Origin: Octopus vulgaris
Taxonomy: Eukaryota
Length of the DNA: 64,000 nt
Assembly: GCA_951406725.2 (NCBI GenBank)
Contig: OX597825.1
Location: 3,720,001 to 3,784,000 of the forward strand
Reading direction: 5' to 3'
The notes beneath the pieces were generated by a model, which was given only the letters and a program-made list of their open reading frames with translations, had not been told where the DNA came from and did no database searches. A program made the position numbers and the translations under genes. Positions 27,663 through 42,861 of this stretch are shown here, piece by piece; the stretch's first letter is position 1; each line of letters begins with the position of its first letter.

Positions 27663-28339
27663 CATTTACTCTCAGTCGCTACTTTGATAGAATCTGATGT
27701 TATTCTAATATCCTAGCGAAGGGAAATCAAAGTTTGTCCCATATATTGTGAGAAAATGTATGGAAAATAAGTGTTATCTCATGTTATTTAAACGTATATT
27801 AAATAATCCATACATATTACTAAATATCTGCCATTGTTGTCTATGAAATGCAACAATAGAAGATTAATCGAATAACAGGAAATGGAAAGTTTCACAACAC
27901 GAAGAGAAGTGGGTTGGATTTTGAATTAAAAGACAAGTTGTAGCAACATGTGACATCTTTAATCATACTTACATCTCATCACTAACGCAAAAAATAATCC
28001 AATATAGGAAGTAACTCCATTAAGATATTTAGCAATTACTATGATAGATTTTACTTATTAAGCGCAAGGATACCAGCCAATCGATGATTTCATCGCTGTT
28101 GGACAAACACACACACACTCACAGACATACGGTGGTTGCTTTCATTTTCCAAATGCACTTATTATTTTCAAAATTATTCACTTAAAATTGTAATAGGAAT
28201 AGATGAGGATGAATATATGAAGGCAGTATTAGCAAATATTTTGGGACACATTGTGATTATATCTTTCCGGCCTCCCTCACAAGTAACCAAAGACTCAAAT
28301 ACATTTCGATAATAGGTTAAGCTCAACCATCTCTTTACA

Positions 28340-28760
28340 AACCGACGCGTCTTTTGTCAATGAACACCCGGAGAACAAACTGTGCGGAGATTTCGAGTAT
28401 ATTCAGATTTACATGAATAAATCTGTGCACAGTTTTCATAACAAATCCAAACTCTACAATTGTCTTTGCTAAAGACACATGGAAATCGCCATCCAGAAAT
28501 TGCAAATTAGCCCAGTCTTCTCAGATGTTTTGATCTGCCTCTGTCTCGCATATTTCACATTGTCTCTCACATCTCCTGCAGAGCCCTTAAACATATTGTG
28601 CATGGAGCCAACAGGTGTTCGTTTCGTACGAGTTCAGCACTCTGGGGCATTTGATCAGTTTCTGTAGCGTGTTTGCCCACTTGAACGCAATATTTGATGG
28701 CATAGCAAACTTTCAAATTGTCTCACGATTATATCCTGAAAATTAGTAAACTATGACAAA
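28340..28760 (-). mobile_element. Mariner relic, N-terminal HTH region
   Basis: YAIKYCVQVGKHATET..TVHRFIH..EISAQFVLRV. Confidence 0.75.
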
Positions 28761-29519
28761 CAGCATATAATAGGGCGCCTTTAAATCTGGTGTTACAGCC
28801 GTCTCCTTGAATCTGGAATTAAACAAATGTTGACATTACAAGATTTATTGTAATGATATTCTAAGTTAACAATAATCTAGGACAGGTATAACCGCTTCTT
28901 TCCACAAAATCCCACAACTTCTGAAATAAAATTTGTATAAAGATTTCGTACTTTTTAGAGATTGTTAACATCAACAAACCTTCTATTTCTCTCACTTTAT
29001 TCTTCACTCTACTTTTTTCTTTCTTTTAGATTGTTATTCCGTTTTTTAGACGGCGTTTTTTAACTACTAAATTTCATGGAGATATGCGTTGCCTTTGACA
29101 GCTGTCCACTGCCAGCAGTTTTATGGATGGGAGCATACTCGTCGATATTTCTTCGCCTTTCTTCTCTTATTCAAAATAACTGTTCGATGTCCATTATTTC
29201 CTAACAAAAGCTAAACAAACAAAATTGAAACTGTTTATATCCTATGTTAAAAAGCAACTTCTGCTAATTGCAGCCTGACTTATAGAAACAATAGGAAATT
29301 TTAATCAGTGAATTTTACTAAGATGACACTTCATCTTAGAAACTTTCTACCATTTCATTTAGGATTGAGAATTAACAGAAATATATAAATCTATGAATAG
29401 AATAGTGTCAAATACCAAATATAATTTCGTATTTTACTTTTGTTAACATAAGGTTGAAAACACATGGAGTGCTTTTGAAAGTGAAATCAATAAACACACG
29501 ATAACCAACGTGATAAGAT

Positions 29520-29551
29520 TCTCTATCTATCAATCAATCTATCTATCTATA

Positions 29552-29598
<47 letters not shown>

Positions 29599-29604
29599 TT
29601 ATCA

Positions 29605-29641
<37 letters not shown>

Positions 29642-29801
29642 CCTACCTATCTATCTATCTATCTATCTATGTATCTACCTACCTATCTATCTATATATCT
29701 ATCTATCTATCTATATATATATCTATCTATCTATCTATCTATCTATTTATCTATCTATCTACCTATCTATCTAATTATGTATCTATCTACCTATCTATCT
29801 A
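29520..29801. repeat. (TATC)n microsatellite
   Basis: Direct reading. Confidence 0.95.
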
Positions 29802-32145
29802 TTTAACTCTCTCTTTCTCTCTGTATATATACAAAAACACACACGCATATATATATATATATATACACAACACTCATAAATATAAATATACACGCTCTCA
29901 TGTGTGTACTTGCACGTATGGGAGCTTTTGTGCGTGTGTGTGTGTGCGTGTCGTGTGTCTGTGCACCTGTGTATGTGCGTACGCCCCCCCCAAAAAAACA
30001 CACACAGGTAATTCTGTATATTTGTGAAGATTTCCAGTCATGTTTGTAATTTTTTATAGAGAAAATAAATAAAGATATATTCTGCAATGCGTATAGCCTG
30101 AAACTGTTGCTAAAATGTTCTTTTAAATCTAACATAACTGATATGCATTTAATTTCAAAAGTTTGAATTTACTTTGATTTTTCGTCTCACTCAGAATTCT
30201 TTTTTCTGCCTTACTAGAAAAAAAAAATGGATATTTTCCTTTTTTTAATTTTTTCTCTCCAACAAAACTATTCGATGAATAGTTGTCTACATGGTATAAG
30301 TGGAGTATAGAATTTTCAGCTACGCCAGAGGCTACATTTTCGTTTAAGATCTGGAATTGTATTTAAAACGATCAAATCTATTTACAAAGCCTTTAACAAA
30401 CTAGTGTTCATCCATGTAGACATATTGAATGCTATTCACTCTATGCATTCAAACATATTTCTGTATTCTGTTAAAAAAAATGTAGGAATGTTTGAATGTG
30501 TGACTACATATCTCTTGAAATATTCACGAATATGACATAAAATAAAAGCGTCAAAAACTGTAGCAACAAAATTATTTGCTCGATAGAAGTATATTGTAAT
30601 TTTAATATCAAGTAGATATTTACATTCAGAACAGCATAGATTAAGACACAATTTTCTTCAATGCAGGTATATTTTGTTATAGACGAAATATTAATTACGT
30701 ATCCAAAACTAGATTGGGATTTCTTGTGTATACGTAAGAAATTTTCGTGGCGAGATATTGGCATTTTTTACGTACATCATTGCAATTTAAATATTTGTTT
30801 GGTGTACAGAAATTCATGAATCATTAGTAATACTTAAAGTATACATGCTTGATGTTTCATGTCACAAAACTATTTGAAGATACTTCACTAGATATTATTT
30901 ACTTTAGATAGTAACATAGAGATTACTATAGATAGTAACTTTAGATAGTAACGTATAGAGACGAAACAGCAGTAATATTCTCCTTGTACTAATGTCATCG
31001 ACACTTAGTTGTCGTTTAGAACATTTCCTTCTCGGATAATTCTATTCATATCTAACTTGCATATTATTTGTAGCTTTGCAAATTAACACACCTTCAGTCA
31101 GCAGGCCCAGGCTACGTGTCATTCACTGCTATCAAATGCACAGTTTCTCGTCAGCTGTCTGTTTTAGATGCGTGATGGTTATGCTTCATATTTTAGTCTC
31201 TCCGTTAATATATATATATTAGGTAGCAGTAAACTTTCTTATATTCTATAGAAACATTAGCAAGTGAGTATGAGGTATTTACCAAAGAAACGCTTATTCG
31301 AAAAAAACCATGAAACATGTATGTATATAATAAAACCGACTTCTTTGTCATAAGACTTCGGCGAATTCCTATTCTTCGACATAGTTTAATAAGTTTTCTT
31401 ATTTCTACCTTAAATACTCAAAGACGCAATCAATTAACTATATCTCTTGTCAAGGTCGGAGACCAGTAATTAAATTGGGACAGACAAAACCAAACTATAA
31501 GCCAATGTTATAGCTATGAGACAATTATTTGAATTCGTGTTGATAAATACGCCATGTCGAATCCGATGGAAAAAATTTTTATGGGAAATAATTATGACAC
31601 TTATCTGCAAAATTTTATCTTGCATACAAACATGCAGATGCCTATGCACGTGTATATTTGCATAGCAATATTATGATATGAAACCTTTAGTACCTGTGTG
31701 GATATGTGCCTGTGTACACACATGTGGCTGCCAGTCCCTGCCTACTCATGTCTATGTATATAAGTGTATACATATCTATCTGTATATGTGTTATTATAAC
31801 TCACTTTGCGTCAACCCAATAAAGAATGCGACTTCCATTCTGTTATGAACGAATACGTAACACGATACTGTATCGATAAGTACTCATACACTGCAATTTT
31901 ATGTTCCTGTTTATGATTGATCTGCAATTAGACAGGCATATGTCTGCCAAGTGATACATGACTCCTACCTAATTATAATATCGATAACGCAGAACTGATC
32001 TACATATATGTCTTCTTATCGATACTGAGTTTTAATCCAATACAATTTCTTTCTTATGTCAGTGGAATAACCAGCTTGTTTTTATGTATACTTTTTCTCC
32101 TTTCGTTTATGAATAACCGATGCCGCTATTATGTAATACACACAC

Positions 32146-32164
32146 ATATATGTATATATGTATG

Positions 32165-32195
<31 letters not shown>

Positions 32196-32210
32196 AGATA
32201 GATAGATAGG

Positions 32211-32244
<34 letters not shown>

Positions 32245-32245
32245 T

Positions 32246-32330
<85 letters not shown>
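32146..32330. repeat. (TATG)n-(TAGA)n compound microsatellite
   Basis: Direct reading. Confidence 0.95.
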
Positions 32331-32331
<1 letters not shown>

Positions 32332-32557
32332 TGCAGAACGCGCAATTCTCCTTACAGATTTTCACTCGCCTAACATATTCCTCTATTGCACCGCTGAATT
32401 TTAGAATATCTAGGGTTTGTAGAATGTACTACTACAAATATTTCTCGTTTATCACAAATGTAACATTGGTGGTCAGATACATAAGAGTTGTATCCAATAC
32501 TTTGGCGTCAGATATGCATATTTCCAGCTATATTATTCGTATGAATACATTCGTACA

Positions 32558-32686
<129 letters not shown>

Positions 32687-34480
32687 CTTTATAGGATAGC
32701 GTACGAATGGAAAGTTATCATGGACGTTCTCTGGAATACCTTATCTACGTTGAATCATAATAATCGAATCCATCATAAATTTCAAGAACTTTAATGAATG
32801 TAAATTTTTTTGTATTAAATAAACATTTTCCCTTTTGATTTTGATCCGAATGGAAATAAAAATAAGATCCAGCTAACGTCTCTTAATATAGATGTTTTCT
32901 CTTTTCTGTAAAATATGACCTTTAGGAATATGGTATGAATCGTTCCGTTTATCAAACTTTGTAAATATTTATAATCTTCACACATGACATTAATGCATAA
33001 ACTTGTCGTCAAGGAAAAAATATAAATTCTGAACAATCTTTTCTTAAGAGATTAGAAGGGTTTTTTTTTAATATTTGCTTTTCCGGAATTTCATATAATG
33101 TAAATTTTAAAAACTATTATTTTGCTTTTTCACTTGAAAATTACAATTGTAATATTTCGTATTTTCTCCAAAGAATGAATATTTATCACCACAAAATATT
33201 TCCTAAAATAAATTTGTGGATTTGTCTAAATAAGATATGGCGATTATACGCATTCATAAATACCGCCCAAATGTAGGGTTTCGATATCATTACGAGGACA
33301 AACTGCCGTTCATATAAAATAGAAAATATTTATTAAAAATTACGTTAATATATGAACCGTTAATTTCTGTTCATTCTTCTTTAATAGAACGATGTATTTA
33401 CCTCCGAAACGTCACGGACAGACAGTTTGTTCTCCATTGCAAATCTCATTCATATTCTCAATATACGGTCTAAACTGTTTCACACAATTTGCCTTCCTTC
33501 CTTTCACTCTGATGTATATGATATTGTATGTTATGCATATGGGATACTCTAAACTTTATTCATAAGAATTATGAAAAATGAATGTGGATAGATTTTAAAA
33601 ATGAAAAAAGTATGAGAGAGAATGAGGCTCCTTTATTTCTATTGCATTGTCTAATAGTAAATAGGAGACAACTTAACATGAAGATTAACAAACATTCAGT
33701 TAAAGATTTTCATTCAGCACTATCACATCGAATATGCACAATAAAGTGTGCGTGCAGATTTCAAATACTATGAGGAGTTATACACAATTACACGTGAATA
33801 CATATACATATCGCTATTTTCGTTCAGGCGAGTGTTTTGTGAGTGCGCGCATGAGTGTATGGTTTTCAGGTATCATATGCTGCGTATAAAGATCGAATTT
33901 ATCAAATATAGTCTTGGACTTGGAGTTGTGGCTTACATATTCAGAATATTGTTCTCCATTCAATTTATGTATCGAACAAGTCGCCCATCTTCAATTAAAA
34001 ATATCATTTCAAAAAACTTATTGTTGTCTTAGGAAATTACTTCCTGTAATTAGATAGAATCTGTTTGTTGTGTGTATCTTCAAAAGGTTAAACTGAAATA
34101 TAAAAATGACAGTTTTATGTCATTACTAAATTTAATTTATATATAGAATCATATAATAGCGTTTTAAGTAAACAATTATTTTCCAATTGAAATTTAGTTG
34201 TAAGTTGATGGTATGAGATTCATACTTTGTTAATGGCTTTATAATTACCACATGATGTTTAAGAAATTATTTCCAGACTGGATATGTGAGTGTGGTATGG
34301 CTTATAACTTTATCGATCAGGTCATCCTCCAAGTTCTGTCCGAATTTTAAATAAAGAAAACAAGTGATCAGATGTTATATTTAATTGAAACTTAACCATC
34401 AATGTACTTTCCCTGATTATCTATGACTTTCATCCATCTATTTACAAGCTTTTTAATCCCATCAAATCAATATATATATA

Positions 34481-34681
34481 GTTAATCCAAACATAAAAAC
34501 ACAAAGAAAAAAACACAACGCGAGGACGTGGAACAAGTATAGTGTTATTGGACGCTCAGGAAAGGAAAGAAAGAAGGACCATTTAACGTTTCGAGCGGAG
34601 CTCTTCGTCAGAAACATAGGAAAAGGAAAGGCCCAAGGAGGGGATGTTGGAGCAAAATATCGCCGACGGTACACACGCAGT
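34481..34681 (-). mobile_element. About 200-bp hammerhead-bearing element inserted in (TA)n
   Basis: Bounded by TA repeats on both sides. Shares HHR, tttcctgRgYgtc and the aactatata end with 53719-53887. Confidence 0.75.
34581..34615 (-). ncRNA. Minimal type I hammerhead
   Basis: gttt-CTGACGA-a-GAGC-tcc-GCTC-GAAAC-GTT-aaat; stem III is reduced to a palindrome, as in minimal PLE HHRs. Confidence 0.8.
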
Positions 34682-34734
<53 letters not shown>

Positions 34735-34832
34735 TTAATAATATCAAGGTAATCAACATTTTAGAAATGTTTACTACCAGTGGCGTAGCGTATAGAACAA
34801 TTAGTCAATAGAATATATATTATTCATTTAAA

Positions 34833-35144
34833 TACAGTATATATTTAAACACATAAGAGGTATCCGTCATATGAATCTTGGCTCGCTAGAAGGAACATCA
34901 AAAGTCCAACCTGCTATTAGGGATAAAACTTCGAAGGGAATGCAAAATAAAAACATTTACCATATATTTACCAATTATTTTATTTGCTAAAAACAGTCAG
35001 GAACCATGGTCCAGGAGATATATGGCAAATGTTTCATTACCTTCGAAGTTTTATCCCAAATAGTAGTTTGGATTTTGGTTGTTCCTTCTAGCGTGCCAGG
35101 AATCCTATGACGAATACCTCCTATGTATTTAAATCTACACTGTA
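34833..35144. repeat. Inverted repeat with about 130-bp arms
   Basis: tacagt..gaggtatccgtcata..cgctagaaggaaca..gggataaaacttcgaagg..aaacatttaccatatat (34833-34967) matches the reverse complement of 35018-35144. Confidence 0.9.
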
Positions 35145-35171
35145 TACATACATATATATGTGTGTATGTGT

Positions 35172-35231
<60 letters not shown>

Positions 35232-35390
35232 GTGTGATATGTTTAGTCGTTAAATTGAGACAGAAATCATTAATAATATCGAAGTAGAAAGAAAGTGCAT
35301 GCAAATGATTAATAGACCAATTGGAATAGAAAAGTGAAGTTGCTGGATTATTCAAGTAATCATAATCAAGGTACTAAAATTAATACCGGT

Positions 35391-35395
35391 ATTAC

Positions 35396-35462
<67 letters not shown>

Positions 35463-35564
35463 GTTGTTATTATTAATAAATCGGGGAAATTAATTAAATA
35501 CATTGAGAACGAGACTATAATATTAGAATTAACCACATTTAATACAAGAATTTCTACTAATAGC

Positions 35565-35644
<80 letters not shown>

Positions 35645-35650
35645 AAGAAG

Positions 35651-35682
<32 letters not shown>

Positions 35683-35708
35683 GAAGAAGAAGAAGGAGAA
35701 GAAGAAGA
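35391..35708. repeat. (TTA)n, spacer, (TAA)n(GAA)n triplet repeats
   Basis: Direct reading; explains the poly-I/poly-R ORF. Confidence 0.95.
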
Positions 35709-36300
35709 AAAACAGCAACAACATCAACAGTGTTCTATTGTGAAAAAGAATCAAAGAAGCAATACCCAACGAATATTGTCGCCATATTATATTTTGGCAG
35801 GGTTTCTTTTTCTTTCTTAGTTTTCTTTTTGTTTCGTTTATTCTTCCTGCTGATGAATACTGTCAGTTGAGAGATGAATAACAAACAGAGAATGCTGGAG
35901 ATGGATGTCCAAAGGAAATAGGCAATGAGATGGGAATACTAATTATGTTTCTGAGACAGTGTGTAAATCGATGTTAAAAAAAAACCTAGTTCTCTTTTTT
36001 TGCCATACATTTTCTGTTTTTATTTCTTTTGCCTTTTTTTAACGTTCTTCCATTTTCTTAGACGTCATAAGATTTATCTTCTACTATTTCTGTGTGACTA
36101 ACACCACTGCAAATCAGACGCATGGACATATATACAAAAAGCTTTCTTTGCATATACGAACTGAAAAACGGGAATTGAAGAAGGAGCATACAAGTTCTTT
36201 TTAGTGTATTTTATCACTTCCGCATATACTTATGCATATAAATAAATATATATACACACCAAGTATTTTATCACTTGCACATACACACATACGAACACAC

Positions 36301-36399
<99 letters not shown>

Positions 36400-36696
36400 A
36401 GTGTTTATGTGTGTAGATATATGTATACACATAGATAGGCAGAGATATAGATCACAGGCACGTACACACACACATACACACACATAAAATGCATAAATTG
36501 GAAATTTTCCACTTATCTGTATTGTTATAAAATAAGTCTGCAAATAATATTTCCATAATTTTCAATTTTAATATGAATTGTGAGTAACATACGGCAGCAA
36601 CTGAGGAGACTTGTTGATTATAATAAATGGAATACGCTGATTCGCTTAAAACGAAAGCAGCCAGGATTTACCCCACTAGCTACATGTGAATGAGCA

Positions 36697-36765
<69 letters not shown>

Positions 36766-36879
36766 ACCTATAATTAAAATACTGAGTGTCATTCCTCTTA
36801 TTAACTGTAATATATACATATATATATATACATGCATATATATACATGTTTGTGTGTGTGTATGTCGTGTGTGTATACG

Positions 36880-36951
<72 letters not shown>

Positions 36952-37845
36952 TGTGTTTGTGCGTGTAGCAATTTACGTGAGCGTTTCTGTGCTGTACTTT
37001 AGAGAGTTAACTTCGTGTTCTGTGTGTGTATTTACAGGTCTATAAAGTTATGCTGGCATATCTCTACATCTACGATGGAGGCATAGAACGAGGGAGGGAA
37101 GTCATAACAGCAGATTATGTATTGAGAACTGTGTAAATGGACTTGATATGTTAGTGGGTGATGTCTTAGAGAAATCGCATTATTCTTGGTTACACAAATT
37201 TCTATCGCAGCTCTATGACAGGCATTTGCGACTAAGTCTTTGTATCATGAATGTCTATGTAGGTCGTTCCCAAGGAAAGCCAGAGCTTTCTGCGACCACT
37301 ACATTAAAAGTATTAAGAAAAATGTTATTTAAATATACTTTATTTCAATTGTTTACACTATTTTACGCTTGTTTATACTCAGACATTCATAGTTCACAAA
37401 TTTCGTTATTTAAATTATGAATCACATTCCTTTCGATAATATCAATATGATTACAAAACTACTTTGTAGACGATATTTTTCTGTTTGGTCGACACTGATT
37501 TTCAAATTACAGGAATCTGTTGCTCTACTCATAGCGACGTATAACTGGGATGTGTGACAACACCTACACGTTCTAAAGACTGGTCCTGTGCCTTGTTTGC
37601 TGTGAATGCGCGAGAAGAATCTTTAGGGTTGCAAAAAATGTATCTAAGACTTACTTCTCACTGATGTATGCTAATAATGTAGGGGTGTTCTGTTACCATG
37701 GCTTATTTTGACAGAGAAAACTGAGATGTAAACAACATCCGCTTCGATTAGCCATTACGAATATTGCTCGAGTCTGACACACTTCAATGACCTCTAAATA
37801 ATCAGACAATATATGCTGACACACACTTTTTCTGTTTTATTTTCG

Positions 37846-38712
37846 CTATTAACCGTCCTACCGACCCCCGTTCTTACAATGAGGACACGAACTATTCAAT
37901 GGAAATCTGCTGTTACTCGTCGTTGGTGAAATGTTAATAAAAATGCGAAAGAAGTTTATCAGTTTCAAAATCGATATCCAAGGAATAATCATACTTTCTG
38001 ATTTTTTTATTCTAAAAACTTTCCTGACGACCATCTTTTTAATCGCAAAAAATATCGTAACCATTGGTCCTGCCGTCTGGCCCTGAAGTGGGAACAAAGA
38101 GACGAACAGACGGACAGACAAATTGAAATAGCGCCTATTATAGTAAGATAGCAAATCTGTCCGTCTACGATGGGAAATAAAGGGATAGTATCGGAAATGT
38201 AAACCCAGTAAATCCACGAAATATACGGGGTGGGTTGGGGGTTTAGAGTTAATCCTCGTGGTAGGAATTTTAACAAAAAAATTCAAGGGTGATTTATTAA
38301 TTTGAAACTCAATATCCATTGAATAATCGTACTTTATATCATACGTTAAAACCTTGCTGATTACCTCCTACGTCAGTGGTTTTCAACCAGGGTTCCGCGG
38401 AACCTTAGGGTTCCGCCAGTACAGTGCAGGGGTTCCCCAAGAAGTTACAAAACTGCTAAAATCGGCAGTAATTTTTAAGTCTTCTGTGCAGATATGTGTG
38501 CATAAGACTATTAAATTATTGCACAGGGGTTCCTCGAGCCAGTGGAATGTTTCCTTGGGGTTCCGCTCCAGCAAAAAGTTTGAAAAGCACTGTCCTACGT
38601 AATGCCTAAAAAACATCGTTAATATTGGAAAAGCAGCTTGATCGTGAAGAGAGAAGAGAGATATAGACAGCCTGACAGACAGACAGACAGGCAACGCCCA
38701 TTATAGTTAGAT
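37846..38712 (-). mobile_element. Two tandem non-autonomous Helitron-like repeats (37846-38149, 38150-38712)
   Basis: Both start atct(t/a)actataat(a/g)ggcg followed by a (tctg)n tract and share aaagtaYgattattc..tggatat. The second ends in a short hairpin plus gcta. Confidence 0.6.
38374..38592. mobile_element. hAT MITE (219 bp), Buster/Charlie-like
   Basis: TIRs cagtggttttcaacc / gtttgaaaagcactg; exact 8-bp TSD TCCTACGT (38366-38373 and 38593-38600) with central TA; repeated subterminal gggttcc. Confidence 0.93.
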
Positions 38713-40814
38713 GTCATTGAGCATTAAAATCGTATCGCAAGAAACAAGCTTAACATTTATAAGTTTATGAACGGTTATTCATACTTCCATATTTTTGTTT
38801 TAATTCCTTTTCATCTATATGTAATGTGATTCAGATTCACGACATGAAAAAAAGGGATCTTTAAGTTACCCCCATATGATTGCGTAACAGCTGCAATAGA
38901 GTTGCCTACTCTGTGTAATAATTGAATGATTGCTGTTTGAATGAATGACGAATGTCACAGATTTCCGAGAGCTAACTAAGGAACCCACCACCTCCTTTTG
39001 TTGCTAGAAGTTCTATTTAATTTAACAGTAAGTAAACTATCTATGCGATGTTTGTTTTAGCAGCATGTGTGCTTTTATGTATGAAGTTGATTGTATATAG
39101 AAATGTTGTAGAAATAATGTAGACAAAATATGCAGAGAAAATGGTTACAAAATTGCAACGAATTTCCCTCACATACATCTAAATTAGGCGACTCATGTTG
39201 CAAAGAAAACAGTAATTATGAAGAGATAGAAACTATTAACCGTTTGAAAATAAAGATACATTCTTGAAATATAATAATTTCCAATTCTGACAACCCTGCC
39301 AATAATGTAGCATTATTGACAACAAAGAGGCTCCTTTCGTTTATTCTCAATATAATATTGATATCATCATTTTAAAAACTCATTCTCTAATTGAATTATA
39401 TATCTCTGTCAAGTTTAATCGTTTCATGGTCAGTAGAAACACACATATCATTGCTTTGGAAGAACCGGAAAAAAATTGCAACTAACTTTATGTGAATAGA
39501 GACGTGAAAGTTTTTCGTCTCGCAAAGTACTGAATTTGTGATGATAGGGTTAGCATTGCAACGAAAATAGTTGGAATCGAAATCTGCAGCAGACACATGC
39601 ATAATAAGAAGATCGTGACATCAAATAATAATTCCGTATATAACGTCGGTCATGTCCAGGTAAATAATTTCTAATGTTCAGCAACTAATGAATAGATTAA
39701 AGAAACATGAATTATAGAAATAAATTCCACGAATCACGCTTGGTTTGGTGAATAATAACTTATATGTTATTTATGATGGATTCAATATGCCAATGAAGAT
39801 TTCATGACAAACACACGCGGTCACACACACACACACACATACACACATACATACACACATACGCATACATACATACATACATGTATACATACATACATAC
39901 ATGCATACATACATACATACATACATACATACATCTGGCGCCGTCAACATCAGGTGTGAACGTGTTGAGGACCGATTAAAAAATCCGTTTTAACGCCTTC
40001 CTCAAGAAATGTGCCAGTTCTTCCAGCCAAATCGGTAACTGGTTTATTTTTGCAATAATTAAATAGAGAATCATCTGTTCATCACCAACGTAGCTGTCCT
40101 GAACATATTTTAAAATATACATCTACACCACGTGGAATTTAACTAAGACGATTATGGCTGAAACTAACACAGAGGAAACTAACAACGTCACCACCGATGA
40201 AAACACTACTACATCACCTGTAAGTTATCTAAGAAGACGTCAGTACACTTTTCATATTACGTGGCTTGAACGACAACTAAAGTAAGCTTACTTCGACCCT
40301 ATGGAAAAGCCAGAAAGGACCCTTCAATCGCATATTGTAAGAGGGTATAAACAAACGGGGACAATGCGCATCCCAACTTAAATATCTTCACGTGAAACAG
40401 CTCCGACAACAAGCATCTTATGTAAAAAAAAAAAAAAAATCGACCGATCCTCGGTCCTCCCAAAAGACTTGGAATGGGCCAAAATCTTTCCAGAAGCAGC
40501 GTAAAATTTATTGTAAACAATCGACAGATCACGCCATCGTTAAATTCTATTGTGTCTCCAAATTTAGTTGAGTCAGATGCGAAGACTGCAGACTACATGC
40601 AACTCAAAAACATTTCATAATTACAATTCGCAAAAAGGTTTGCTACTTTCTCGAATCTTTCGTTGAGCAACAGACCCTTCCCAACAAGAGTGAGAAAAAA
40701 TCCGTCCGATCTAATGTTTAAGGCCATCATTTAATGTTAATTAATGGAATATAAATACTCTTATATACACAGTTATTATTACTCTTAAAGAATACCTAGC
40801 AGAAATGTACAGAT

Positions 40815-41595
40815 TGAACATGAACACTTCTCTAAATGCACACTAAGTTTTAAAGCTCTAGCCTTCTTCCGCTTGGAAGGAAGGCGTGTAGTGTGCTCGT
40901 CGCATTGAATCTGACAGAGAAAGTTGAGCAGAGAATCTGCATCAAACGTTTGACAAATTCTTGGCGATACCTCCTCAGAAACCTACGCAAAGTTTTCTAA
41001 AGATGTTTTCATCGTTCTTGAAACAACCAACGAGACATTCTGCAACTGAAACCCGAGTGTCTTTTCGGTCAACCGAAAGCAAAGTTGGAACAACATTGGT
41101 TGACATGCGTCTCATACACTTCAGTGATAATGGACTGAACTGAACCGTAACTAATCTGCACATCCTCTGGTAATTCACGGATGGTGTCTCGACTATTTCC
41201 CCTCACAGCTGCACGAACATTTGTGATATCTTTCTCAGTTCCGATATTAGATGGCCTCGCAGAACGTTCGTCAATATGGATATTTTTCGGTCATCTTGGA
41301 AACGTCTGAACCACTTGTGTGAGGATCCCACACTCCTCTCCGTACACCTTCTTCAGATTTGTGTAAGCTTCTGAGCAGGTATCGCTATAAAAAATTTCTC
41401 TCTCCTGATCAATACAACGACCACACGCGATACCCTTTAGTCCCAGGCACAGTTGTAAACAGCTGAAGTGAGCTAGAACGTTAAGACGTAGTGGGCAAGC
41501 ACAGTACAGTTCACGTTTTGTGCCAAGCGGCTTCACTCTGCTAGATTTGGTTCGTTACTACGTCAGCAGTCCGGTTACTTATTGACCAGGACTGA
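40815..41595 (-). mobile_element. Mariner relic
   Basis: Minus strand gives IDQEREIF..SEAYTNLKKVYGEEC and later WFRRFQD and RKLCVGF (cf. mariner RKLCARW). TIR-like end ggtcaataagtaaccggact. Confidence 0.8.
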
Positions 41596-41607
41596 TTTGT
41601 GTGTGTT

Positions 41608-41648
<41 letters not shown>

Positions 41649-42793
41649 AAACAAACCTTAGTCGCAAATTGTACCCATTTGCATACTTAGGAAAACATAC
41701 TTGAATATTTGAATGACATCCTTGTCCTTTATAATACTTTGAATATTGGCAAAAATCGGTCTCCGTAATAATATTGGAATGCTATTACCATAATATACGT
41801 CATTATATAATTTTCAATATAACATGTATTTTGATATATTCTATTATAACGATATACCCGATTTTTAAAATAATATCACAAATATAGTCTGCAATTTACA
41901 TATGTGCATATCTCTTCTAGACAACGACTAGACGTCACATCTAACAAATAATCTAATCTAAATACCCTCGAGGATAATTAAATTGTCTTTCTGATGGAGA
42001 CGTCTGGAGAGATAACATACACTCAAAACAGGATATCAATGTATTCTGATAATTTGATTTAATGTGCTTTGAAGATAAATATGTGACAGAATGATTCATT
42101 TTCGACTGAAAACTTATTGCTATTTTGGGCGTACACAGACAACCAAATGATAAATATCAATAATTTTGTTATGTAATAAAAGAATATTGCACGGTCGTGG
42201 CATTGGATCGCCATATGAATGGGCCTTGAAATGCAGACTGAATGAATTAATATTATGAGTAATACAAAAAAAAAATTGTTCGATTGTCTTTAAGGGCATT
42301 TCAGTAACTATTGGTTTTCTCTGAAAAACGAGAAATTAAAATTTTCTGTTTTATTTATTTGAAGTACATCATAAAAATGGGTTTCAATATATTGTATTTA
42401 TAGTATAAGTAATATACAGAATACCTCAGGTTCACAGCCAGATACACGCTTTTATATGAATATTATCTACACATATATGGCAATGAACGTGTGTGTAAAT
42501 GCATGTATGTATGTATGTATATATATATAACAATAATAAAAGCGTAAAATTAATTGATTAATTAATATAATAATTTTACCAAGTACTCGGTCGGTTAAAA
42601 TAACCTTTGTAGGTAAACTTATACAAATTATATACATAATTATAATCAATGGGCCAGCTAATTGCTTTGTCACGCACTGATTAAGAAATAGGAGCTAAAA
42701 GCCTTTTCTACTACCATCAAGATCTCCTAGGCAGTAAAACACTTTTTTACGGAGGCAAAAATACTAAATAATGAATCCACACGAGTCAGATTA

Positions 42794-42861
42794 GCTACAT
42801 ACGCGTTTCGAGATTAAAGTAAAGTTATATTTACTTACTTATTTCTCATCTTCGGTGCAGC
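42794..42861 (-). ncRNA. Minimal type I hammerhead, CCGAAGA core, in pLTR-like remnant 42530-42900
   Basis: gctgca-CCGAAGA-t-GAGA..TCTC-GAAAC-gc-GTA-tgtagc. 6-bp stem I and palindromic ACGCGT stem III. Confidence 0.8.

Noticed and set aside
35334-35870. 178-aa ORF with poly-I and poly-R
   Set aside because: Product of (TTA)n, (TAA)n and (GAA)n tracts.
39960-40740. GC-richer block with short ORF MAETNTEE..
   Set aside because: No diagnostic motif; probably unclassified retroelement debris.
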